A stretch of 64,000 nucleotides of DNA from Patescibacteria group bacterium. Lineage in GTDB: Bacteria > Patescibacteriota > Patescibacteriia > UBA1558 > UBA10009. Below, one piece after another: positions 27,797 to 35,601 of this stretch; position 1 is the first letter of the stretch, and every line of letters starts with the position of its first letter. The translations under genes were made by a program, and so were the position numbers. The stretch lies in NCBI GenBank assembly GCA_018818425.1, contig JAHISB010000002.1, forward strand, positions 2,819-66,818, written 5' to 3'. The notes beneath the pieces are model-generated. The model had not been told where the DNA came from, searched no databases, and worked only from the letters and a program-made list of their open reading frames with translations.

Positions 27797-29440
27797 TCAA
27801 GTAGTTGTTTTACGGACTGTCAGATCGACTCTCCAATGCCCCAAGTTATCCCTGGCGCAATTGGAATCCCGCCCGTTAAACGGTTCATTCGGACCCACCA
27901 AGAGCAGGCCACCAGTTGGTGCTTCCAACCCATCTGTTAATGGGAAAGAGGCAAGCACTGTCTTGGTTTGAGGATCCAGGATGTGTCCTACCAAGGCCAT
28001 AAACTTAGCCTGAGGACAGACCAATTTTCGGTTCACTAAGAACCAAGGTGTTTGGTTTTCGGGCCAGCCTTCCGGGCTCCTGATTAATTTATATGCGCCA
28101 TCGCGGTTATTACCGGTGCTATTAACACCATTGCAGGTGATATCAAAGAACATTTCATCACCTTTTTGGATGGTTACACCGGTATTACACAGGATGTTAG
28201 GGCCTGCCGGGACATCCAGTATATAGTCGTTATTATTCTGTTCCAGCATCTCACAGTTGCCAACCGTAAGGTACTGGCCCATTAACCGGACCGTTGGCAA
28301 ACTTGGCGCCGCAGTTGAAATTTGCTGTGTTTCTTGGGGCGCTGGCTTTGAGACAATCAGTTCTTCGGCCTCTGCTTTCCTGACGTTTTTCAGCAGAATG
28401 TATTTTAATTCGCCAGAGGGCAGGTAGCAGTACAAAGCGTAATCCAGAGGATGGCCTTTATCCGGATATGGCTTTTCTCCGTCAATTTGGACGTTTATCT
28501 TTTTACCCGGAACAGTAAAGCCATTGGCCTTGAAGTTGGCGCCATCAAAATCGTAAACAGGGATGCTGTCTTGCTCACTAACCGTTATGTAAATTGGCCA
28601 GGCCTCCCATGTTTTGCTAGACAGTTTTGCCAGATACGAATCAGCGTCCTTTTTAGCGGCAACGTTGTGGTTATTCTGGGTAATGTTTTGCTTTTGGCTC
28701 ATAACAGAGGTTTTTACACCCAGCCAATCGCTTTCGTAAACAAAAGCTACAAAAGCGATTGCCAAGCAGGCGATGGTCAATCGGGTGGCCCATTTATAGT
28801 TAAAGGTTTTGCCTTCATGTATTGCCCAGAAAGTGTAGAACATAAACAGGGCAAAGATGAAGAAGATAGCTCCGGTCCAGACCATTCCAACAACCGGCAT
28901 TACCACCAGCAGCAACAGGGCGCCGGCGAAAAAGCCAAGCAAGAAGGCGCTAAAACCCTTCTTAGGCGCTTGACCCAAGACTATGGCCAGCAGTAGCCAT
29001 GGAACACCCAGAATTAACCAGGCAATGGCTGCATGCATTGGATTATACCAAATCAGCGAAACTACTAGCCAAACAACCAGAGCCAAGGGAACCGCTATCA
29101 GAATTGAAGCGAACGTATAGCGGGTCTTGGGATGGTCTTTCCAGAGCGCAACGAACCAGTTGTATATGTTGTGCGTTGCGGCGACAAAGTCATCTTTTTT
29201 GTCACCGGTATAACCCAGAATCGAGGCAAAAATGTTCTGCCAGAATCTGAGAACTTTCTTGCCTATCTTGGTTCCAATCAGCAGGGCGGTGATCATGAGT
29301 ATCCCGAGTATCGCCCATAATATCGAACCGAGTATTCCCCATCCTTTACTTTTCTGGAGAATTTTCTCCAGCTTTTCTGTTGCCTTGTCGAAAGTCGATT
29401 CGAATTCGGCGGCGTCATCTGTTACTTTTTTATCTGCCAT
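27797..29440 (-). CDS. hypothetical polytopic membrane protein with large Cys-containing extracytoplasmic C-terminal domain
   Basis: 547 aa. N-terminal cytoplasmic segment, ~7 TM, ~250 aa C-terminal domain with several Cys. No family recognised. Confidence 0.5.
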   Translation of the reverse strand: MADKKVTDDAAEFESTFDKATEKLEKILQKSKGWGILGSILWAILGILMITALLIGTKIGKKVLRFWQNIFASILGYTGDKKDDFVAATHNIYNWFVALWKDHPKTRYTFASILIAVPLALVVWLVVSLIWYNPMHAAIAWLILGVPWLLLAIVLGQAPKKGFSAFLLGFFAGALLLLVVMPVVGMVWTGAIFFIFALFMFYTFWAIHEGKTFNYKWATRLTIACLAIAFVAFVYESDWLGVKTSVMSQKQNITQNNHNVAAKKDADSYLAKLSSKTWEAWPIYITVSEQDSIPVYDFDGANFKANGFTVPGKKINVQIDGEKPYPDKGHPLDYALYCYLPSGELKYILLKNVRKAEAEELIVSKPAPQETQQISTAAPSLPTVRLMGQYLTVGNCEMLEQNNNDYILDVPAGPNILCNTGVTIQKGDEMFFDITCNGVNSTGNNRDGAYKLIRSPEGWPENQTPWFLVNRKLVCPQAKFMALVGHILDPQTKTVLASFPLTDGLEAPTGGLLLVGPNEPFNGRDSNCARDNLGHWRVDLTVRKTTT

Positions 29441-29462
29441 GATTTTTACTCCTTATCAGTTT

Positions 29463-30389
29463 TTACGCGCCAAGTTCGGCGAGTTGTTGTTCCAGTTTAG
29501 CGGTATTTCTACCGGCTCTCTCGTTGCTAGCAATCATACTCTTCAGTCTTCGTTTTTGATTTTCCAAGCGCTGTTTTTTATGCTTCTGCAGCGCAGCCTC
29601 CTGTTTTACCAGCACTTTATCAGCTTCGGCGGCCATGGAAGCGTCGAGTTGCTCAAGTTTTCGGAGTAGCTGGCGCGTTTTAGGTTTAAGTACATCATCC
29701 CAGAGGTTTTTTAAGTCAGCGGGGATGTATCTAACTCTTCTCTTGAGGTCTCGCCAGAAGAGCTTTACAGCAGCATCGCCGATGAGCCGTCTTTGGTCCA
29801 GCATCTTGCGAAGTTCTGTTTCAAATTCGTGCGCTGGAAGATTTTTAGCTTTTAATTTAATGTATTCTTCTACCAGTGCGTCAATTGTACTGCAGACGAT
29901 TTCAAAATTCTTTGGATCGGTCATGTTAATGCCGATCAAAAAAGATTTAATCTCATCTACAGGTGTCCTTGCTTTTTGATCGGTAATTGCTTTTGCACCT
30001 TTTTTCTTGCCTTGCTGCTGCTGTTTAGCCTGACCACCAGCTTCTTCTACAGTGGCTGTTATTACCAATTCAGCAATCAGGGCCAGAAAGAAGTCATTGC
30101 GTTCGGCCATGGTTAACTGTCCAGAAAGCTCCATGAAAGCATCGTGGTAATTTTGCCTTTGTTGAGTTTCTGGGTTTGTTACGTGCTCCAGGTAGAAGTG
30201 AAGAATTACCTGCTGGGCAGCGTTGTCATAAGGACCTTTTACGCTCACCAGATCAGCAGCAATTCTTTTTGCCATTTCTTCTGCCGCAGTACTGAAGATT
30301 GTACGCGCTCCTTCAGCGAGGAATCTTAATCCTAATTCTCCTCCAGCGCGAGTAGCCCCTTCCATTATTTGTGCAGGTATTTTTGGCAT
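29463..30389 (-). CDS. hypothetical cytoplasmic protein with C-terminal coiled coil
   Basis: 308 aa. 22 nt downstream of the preceding gene. Q/K-rich coiled coil at the C-terminus. Confidence 0.5.
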   Translation of the reverse strand: MPKIPAQIMEGATRAGGELGLRFLAEGARTIFSTAAEEMAKRIAADLVSVKGPYDNAAQQVILHFYLEHVTNPETQQRQNYHDAFMELSGQLTMAERNDFFLALIAELVITATVEEAGGQAKQQQQGKKKGAKAITDQKARTPVDEIKSFLIGINMTDPKNFEIVCSTIDALVEEYIKLKAKNLPAHEFETELRKMLDQRRLIGDAAVKLFWRDLKRRVRYIPADLKNLWDDVLKPKTRQLLRKLEQLDASMAAEADKVLVKQEAALQKHKKQRLENQKRRLKSMIASNERAGRNTAKLEQQLAELGA

Positions 30390-30432
30390 GTCTATTTCTC
30401 CTTATGCTTTTTTCTATTTTTCCGCGGGACTC

Positions 30433-31116
30433 TTAGTTGAACTCAATGCACCCGACACACCGTGTGCCGAGTATTTTGAACTCCATCTTTCCGGCAATGT
30501 TTTTGGTTGCCAGAACTTCCACCCTGGCTTGGGTGTTGCTGACCGATAGGGTATTAACATTAACCCCGTTCTGCCAGCTTTCTACTTGTTTGCCGGGGGT
30601 GGCTTGTCTACAGTTCTTGTAAGTGAAAGTGACTTGGTGCCAACTACAGTCAGCGCTGATGGTTGGGATGTTTGGTGTCATTTTGATTTCCCGGCCGGCA
30701 TCACCAACCATTAACCATACCAGGGTCAACAAAACGGCAGTTATAGCGATTGGAATGAAAGCGTAGCGTTTTTTCTTAAGCCATGGTTTGCATTTCTTGT
30801 TCCACCATACCTTAAAATTCTGCCATTTGTAGAGTAAGCGTGTTTTAATGTTTTGTCTTCTCCACCAGTTAAGCAGGCCGCCATGGCCGCTAGTCAAATC
30901 ACCTGCTCTTTGTCTACGGTTTTGTAGCCAGTCAAATATGTAAGCAACCAATGCGACCAAAACACCGAAGGCTGACAGAATTAGCCAACTTTCATTTGCC
31001 CATCCGAAGTTATATGTCAGAGCAGCGTGGAGCAGTAGTATTAATGCAACTACCATTAATGCAACTACCATTATGCCGACAAACTTCATCCCAAGTTTTG
31101 GCTTTTTGAATTCCAT
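30433..31116 (-). CDS. hypothetical membrane protein (first gene of the three-gene operon)
   Basis: Track start is TTG 31200; in-frame ATG at 31116 gives MEFKKPKLGMKFVGIMVVALMVVALILLL. Two TM regions and a W/K-rich basic loop. Confidence 0.45.
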   Translation of the reverse strand: MEFKKPKLGMKFVGIMVVALMVVALILLLHAALTYNFGWANESWLILSAFGVLVALVAYIFDWLQNRRQRAGDLTSGHGGLLNWWRRQNIKTRLLYKWQNFKVWWNKKCKPWLKKKRYAFIPIAITAVLLTLVWLMVGDAGREIKMTPNIPTISADCSWHQVTFTYKNCRQATPGKQVESWQNGVNVNTLSVSNTQARVEVLATKNIAGKMEFKILGTRCVGCIEFN

Positions 31117-31433
31117 GATTTTCACCCTTACCTTTCTGATATTTTTTTCTTTTATTTTTTTTGACTTTGTTATTAATCCTAGTAAAAAATGGAGAGTCAA
31201 TTTAGAGTTTTTGGTCTTCGGTCATCAATCATCAATTTTCACTAATAGCACAAACTAACAATAGACGAACACAAATATTCACAAACTTAACACAAACTAA
31301 CGTAGTAAATACAGCATTAACTACCCAGTTTTTACCAGGATTGTTTGTCAAAGTCCGTAAATTGACCCCTTACTGTAGCAAATTTTGGCGATTTTGTCAA
31401 CCCAAAAATAAAAAATGGCTGAAGTTAGCCAAA

Positions 31434-31735
31434 TATCACCGATCTATCACAGATGAATCACCGATCTATCACGGATAAATCACTGATAAATCACCGATCT
31501 ATCACGGATAAATCACTGATAAATCACAGATCTATCACGGATAAATCACCGATAAATCACCGATCTATCACCGATAAATCACGGATGAATCACTGATTGA
31601 TAATATAAAGTATCGGTGATTCATCCGTGGATATCCGTGATAGATCCGTGTATCTCCGTGATTTATCGGTGAGCCATCTGTGCGCTATCTGTCGATAGAC
31701 CCCGAGCTTATCGAGGAGTGAACTATCGGTGATTT
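31434..31735. repeat. ~300 bp imperfect palindrome built from ~25 tandem 10-bp units (ATCAC[C/G/T/A]GAT[C/A]TA)
   Basis: ~16 direct units (31434-31598), AT-rich centre (tgataatataaagta), then ~9 reverse-complement units (31610-31700). Extends into the last codons of dusB. Same TCACNGAT words at 17490-17570 and 21082-21125. Confidence 0.8.
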
Positions 31736-32696
31736 ATCCGTGAATTTCAGCCAAGATTTTTTCAATATCCTTAATACTTTCCACTCTTACCAACTCTGTT
31801 CTTAAATCAGAAGCATTTGGCAAACCTTTAACGTACCAGAGCAGGTGTTTGCGCAGTTCAATAAGGCCATGTTCACCTTTTGTTTTAAGAGCTAGTTGAG
31901 CATGCTTTAAGATAATTTGTTTTTTTTCTGGCCAACTGGGTTCTTCAAATTTTCCGGTTTTTAAATAGTCTTTGATTTGCTGAAAAAGCCAAGGTCTGCC
32001 ATAAGTTCCTCTGGCAAGGCCCAGGCCGTCAGCTTTGGTTTTTTTTAATAATTCTTTAGCGTCTTCAGGGGAGTTGACTCCGCCGTTGGCCAGGATTGTG
32101 CCTTTAAAGTATTTTCCGGCCTCTTTAATCATTTGATAGTCAATTTCGCCGCTAAAGCCCTGTTCATAAGAACGGCCGTGGATCATTACAGCGCTAATCG
32201 GCAGGTCAGCCATTTTTTTTAGAAAATCAATAACCGTTACTTTTTTGCCGATTTTTGATTTAATGGAAGTTCTGACTTTAACTGAAACCGGAAGCTTGGT
32301 GTTATCAATCGTCTGTTTTATTAGCTGATAGCATAAATTTAAATCTCTTATCAAAGTTACGCCGCCGCCGTGGCCGACAACTTTGCGGGCCGGACAGCCA
32401 AAGTTAATGTCAATGCCGCCGGCTCCCGACTTTTCGACAATCCGGGCAGCTTCACCGAATTTAGCCGGGTCCTTGCCGAAAAGTTGAACCACTAACGGTT
32501 GTTCAGCTTTTTCAAATTTTAACATCTCCAAAGTTTTTTTGCCTTCAAAAAAAAGCCCGTCCGCCGAAGTCATTTCCGAATAAACAACATCGGCGCCGTA
32601 TAAACGGCACAGCTGCCGAAAAGCCGAGTCGGTAATGCCGGCCATGGGCGCCAAGGCCAGAATCGGTTTATTTATTTGTTGCCAAAAGTTGGGCAT
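31734..32696 (-). CDS. dusB: tRNA-dihydrouridine synthase (DusB-like)
   Basis: 320 aa. LAPMAGITDSAFR, TIM-barrel FMN motifs (GIDINFGCPARKVVGHGGG), C-terminal helical domain. Confidence 0.85.
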   Translation of the reverse strand: MPNFWQQINKPILALAPMAGITDSAFRQLCRLYGADVVYSEMTSADGLFFEGKKTLEMLKFEKAEQPLVVQLFGKDPAKFGEAARIVEKSGAGGIDINFGCPARKVVGHGGGVTLIRDLNLCYQLIKQTIDNTKLPVSVKVRTSIKSKIGKKVTVIDFLKKMADLPISAVMIHGRSYEQGFSGEIDYQMIKEAGKYFKGTILANGGVNSPEDAKELLKKTKADGLGLARGTYGRPWLFQQIKDYLKTGKFEEPSWPEKKQIILKHAQLALKTKGEHGLIELRKHLLWYVKGLPNASDLRTELVRVESIKDIEKILAEIHG

Positions 32697-32699
32697 TGA

Positions 32700-32810
32700 G
32701 TTGGGTGATTAGGTTAATTAGGTGATTAGGTGATTAGGTCTTAGGTCTTTAGTCTTCAATCTTTAGTCCTCAGTCATCAATCCTCAATCCTTAGTCTTCA
32801 GTCTTTAAAA
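32700..32810. repeat. degenerate tandem word repeats (ggtgattag; tcaatcc / tcttcag)
   Basis: The tcaatcc word also recurs at 34620-34680, 38200-38260 and 44810-44870. Confidence 0.5.
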
Positions 32811-32830
32811 TATACCTTTTCAAAGCGGTC

Positions 32831-32859
32831 TTGACAAGCGGAAATAACTGGTTTATACT
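32831..32859 (+). promoter_or_regulatory. sigma70-like promoter (TTGACA-17-TATACT) for the 32877 gene
   Basis: Consensus -35, 17 nt spacer, 5/6 -10 box, ~18 nt before the ATG. Confidence 0.55.
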
Positions 32860-32876
32860 GGGTTTTGATTAGTTTT

Positions 32877-33257
32877 ATGAAATCAGATCAAAAAGGCCTA
32901 GCTATGCTTATTGTGCCCATAACTATTGCCATTATAGGGCTTTTGGGCACTGGCGCAATGGCAGCTTTGGACCACGAGAAAAATTTAGCCAAAGAGCGGG
33001 AGGCGCAGCGCGCGGCCGATATTGAATTTGTCCAAAACAAGCTGGCTGATTATTTTACTCAAAATTTAAATTATCCCGCGCAAAAAAATGAAAGCATCAG
33101 CGGCTGGGATATTTTGGAAAGTTCTCTCGGCGATTTGCCCGACGACCCTCTAAAAAACAAGGGCTGGAGCTATGTTTACTGGAGCGACGGCCAGAGCTAT
33201 ACTTTAAGATACATGCTGGAAAAAACTTTAGAAGAACAGATAGTTTTTGGGTATTAG
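32877..33257 (+). CDS. hypothetical membrane-anchored protein, weakly pilin/pseudopilin-like
   Basis: Track start is TTG 32865; ATG at 32877 gives MKSDQKG-LAMLIVPITIAIIGLLG. Hydrophobic N-terminus after a Gly but no Glu+5, so not a canonical type IV prepilin. Confidence 0.35.
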   Translation: MKSDQKGLAMLIVPITIAIIGLLGTGAMAALDHEKNLAKEREAQRAADIEFVQNKLADYFTQNLNYPAQKNESISGWDILESSLGDLPDDPLKNKGWSYVYWSDGQSYTLRYMLEKTLEEQIVFGY

Positions 33258-33329
33258 TTAATTTTACCCAGTATCAACTTGGTGCTGGTTTACATAAAAT
33301 ATGAAAAGACCTCTGCAGGTCTATTTTTT

Positions 33330-33460
33330 GTTGATTTACAAATTATCACTGATTATCACTGACCACACGAACAGCCACTGACTTGCCACAAACCACTGAC
33401 GAAAAATGTCAGTGGTCAGTGAATGTTCGCGCCGGTTCGCGTCGTTCGCGATTCAGAGGA
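33330..33460. repeat. intergenic word palindrome (atcactga / tcagtg words)
   Basis: attatcactgattatcactgacc...gtcagtggtcagtgaat. Confidence 0.5.
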
Positions 33461-33462
33461 TA

Positions 33463-34395
33463 TTACAAAAACTTTTTCTTTTTAAAGAAAGTTATCAATA
33501 CTACAATCAAGGCGGCCATTAAGCCTAAAATTATCCAAAAACCGTGAGGGCGGTTGACTAGCGGCATGATGGGAGTGTTCATGCCAAAAATACTGGCTAC
33601 CAGATTAACTGGCAGCAGAATAACGGTGATAATAGTCAGAATTTTCATGATGTCGTTGAGCCGGAAAGAAATCAGCGATTCGTTGGTGTTGTGAAGGGCG
33701 TCGATATTTTCTTTTAAGCTTTCCAAAATGTCCCAAATATCCTTGGTTTGCTCCAAGGTATTATTAAAGTAGATAGCGATGGTGCGGGGAATAAAGTACT
33801 TTTCTTTTTTAGTCAGCAGTTTTCTGATGACGTTTTTGTGGGCCTGCATGATCTTTCTTAAGTTAACAATATTGCGTTTGATAATCAGAATCTCTTTAAC
33901 CATTTTTTTCTCATAACCGCCAAAGATTATTTTTTGGATATCATTAATATCTTCGGCCACGTGGTCGAGCATGGGATAGCAGTAAAGCTGCAGGCGGTTG
34001 ATGATTTCGTATAACAGGTAGGTGGGAGCGTCGTTCATGAATTTTCCCCGGTAGATATCGTTGATTTGGCACTGTTCAAAAAATTTCAGCAGGGGCGTCA
34101 ACCGGCCGTCGGTAACGGTGATTAAATAGTCCGGACCGATAAAAAAATTAACTTCCGAGGCCTGAATTTCGCGGTTAGCCGCATCGTAATAAGGAAAGGT
34201 TAAAATCAAAAAAAGATAATTTTCATACTCGTCCAGTTTGGGCCTTTGAGCGGGCGAGATGCAGTCTTCGATATCCAGAGGATGGAATTTATATTCAAGC
34301 TTTAAATTTTCTAATTGTTTGCCGCTGGGCTTGACAAAATGCAGCCACTTTACTTTATTGGTTTTAATTTCCCGCGCTCTTTGATCTTGTTTCAT
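33463..34395 (-). CDS. corA: magnesium/cobalt transporter CorA family
   Basis: 310 aa. C-terminal two TM with GMN motif (ASIFGMNTPIMP). Confidence 0.75.
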   Translation of the reverse strand: MKQDQRAREIKTNKVKWLHFVKPSGKQLENLKLEYKFHPLDIEDCISPAQRPKLDEYENYLFLILTFPYYDAANREIQASEVNFFIGPDYLITVTDGRLTPLLKFFEQCQINDIYRGKFMNDAPTYLLYEIINRLQLYCYPMLDHVAEDINDIQKIIFGGYEKKMVKEILIIKRNIVNLRKIMQAHKNVIRKLLTKKEKYFIPRTIAIYFNNTLEQTKDIWDILESLKENIDALHNTNESLISFRLNDIMKILTIITVILLPVNLVASIFGMNTPIMPLVNRPHGFWIILGLMAALIVVLITFFKKKKFL

Positions 34396-34481
34396 GCTGA
34401 TATTATAACATAAAATTTGACATTTTTCTATAATCCTTAATTTTAAATTTCAAAACTCCTTTGTTAATCGTAAATCGTTAA

Positions 34482-34545
34482 TCGGTAACCTGCCTGCCGG
34501 CTTTGCTCCGCTGAAGCTATGCGAAAGCGATGCAGGCAGGTTACC
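34482..34545. other. 15-bp perfect inverted repeat hairpin (CGGTAACCTGCCTGC...GCAGGCAGGTTACCG) with 34-nt GC-rich loop
   Basis: Arms at 34482-34496 and 34531-34545. Lies in the corA / 34720 divergent intergenic region. Confidence 0.7.
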
Positions 34546-34639
34546 GCTAAACTCCTAACAAAAGAACAAGGCACCTCAGCGTATCTCAGCGGTTATCAGT
34601 GAATAATTCTTGATTTTTGATCCTCAATCATCAATCCTC

Positions 34640-34672
34640 CCAGCCAGAGGCTGGTCGGCCTTTGGCCGAAAT
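34640..34672. repeat. short variant of the GC-rich tandem-hairpin element
   Basis: cccagccagaggctggtcggcctttggccgaaatc equals copy B with the inner 28 nt deleted. Confidence 0.6.
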
Positions 34673-34719
34673 CATCAATCCTCATTGTCCTAATTGCCAA
34701 AAAAAGGTATAATTTAGCC

Positions 34720-35244
34720 ATGCCAAAGATAAGTAAAATTGATAAGGAAACATTGGCCGGTTTAGAATTGCCGGTTCAGGAAAAACCGCCTCAAAAAATC
34801 GCCAAAGAGGCCGAGCCGGCTGTTGCAGGGCAAAAAGTAGAGATTCAAAAAAAGCTGGAGCAAGAGCAAAAACAGTCACTTGAAGGCGCTGGCGAAGGCA
34901 AAGACAACGAAGCTGTTTCTGCTCCAACCCCGGTTCCGGCCGCCGCCAAACAGTCGCCTTATTATCCAGAAATAGAAAAAATTTTGGAGGCGGATTTAGG
35001 AGAAGTTTACAACAATCTTTCACCTCAACAGCAAGAGGAGTTTAAAATTAAAGGCGAAGAAACCGCCGTTCAGGTATCACAGCTTTTAAATTCCGCCAAA
35101 ATTAAATTTTCTTATTTAGCTAAACAAATTTTTGGCCTGATTATCAACTGGCTAAAAATTATCCCCGGAGTCAATAAATTTTTTGTAGAGCAGGAAGCCA
35201 AAATAAAGTCGGATAAAATTTTAGCTTTGAAAAAGAAAGAATAA
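34720..35244 (+). CDS. hypothetical protein
   Basis: 174 aa. ATG 8 nt after a TATAAT (34706-34711). Acidic/Lys-rich. Confidence 0.45.
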   Translation: MPKISKIDKETLAGLELPVQEKPPQKIAKEAEPAVAGQKVEIQKKLEQEQKQSLEGAGEGKDNEAVSAPTPVPAAAKQSPYYPEIEKILEADLGEVYNNLSPQQQEEFKIKGEETAVQVSQLLNSAKIKFSYLAKQIFGLIINWLKIIPGVNKFFVEQEAKIKSDKILALKKKE

Positions 35245-35528
35245 TAGTCTAAAAGTTTTCTTTGAATTTTTTGTGTAGAGTATGAACAATGGGATAATCG
35301 TTGTATTAACAATACCGGTTAGAGAAATTCCAAATCCAAAATCACAAATAACAAATAAATTCCAAATTCCAAAAATAAAATATCACTGATCATCACTAAG
35401 ATATGCTGACCATTTGCTGATACACGCTCGCCTTGAGCGAAGTCGAGAGGCGAAGCAGGCTGATAATCCGCGGATATCAGCGTACCTCGGCGCATCTCGG
35501 CGGTTATTGGTGAATAATTCTCAATCCT

Positions 35529-35591
35529 CCCAGCCAGCCTTCGGCCGTGAGCTCAGGCCGAACGGAGGCTGGTCGGCCTCTGGCCGAAATC
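35529..35591. repeat. full-length GC-rich tandem-hairpin element (copy B)
   Basis: cccagccagccttcggccgtgagctcaggccgaacggaggctggtcggcctctggccgaaatc. 35529-35574 is the exact reverse complement of 54130-54175. Confidence 0.85.
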
Positions 35592-35601
35592 CTCAACATC
35601 A

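Noticed and set aside
28451-29669. Plus-strand ORFs (181, 83, 62, 145 aa) overlapping the 27797-29440 minus-strand gene
   Set aside because: Overlap a longer, better-supported ORF on the opposite strand. No start context. Likely spurious.
31434-31735. Possible CRISPR array (also considered for 56252-56390 and 50041-50160)
   Set aside because: Repeat units are only 8-11 bp and are contiguous, with no unique spacers. They are organised as palindromes (direct then inverted units). There are no adjacent cas genes.
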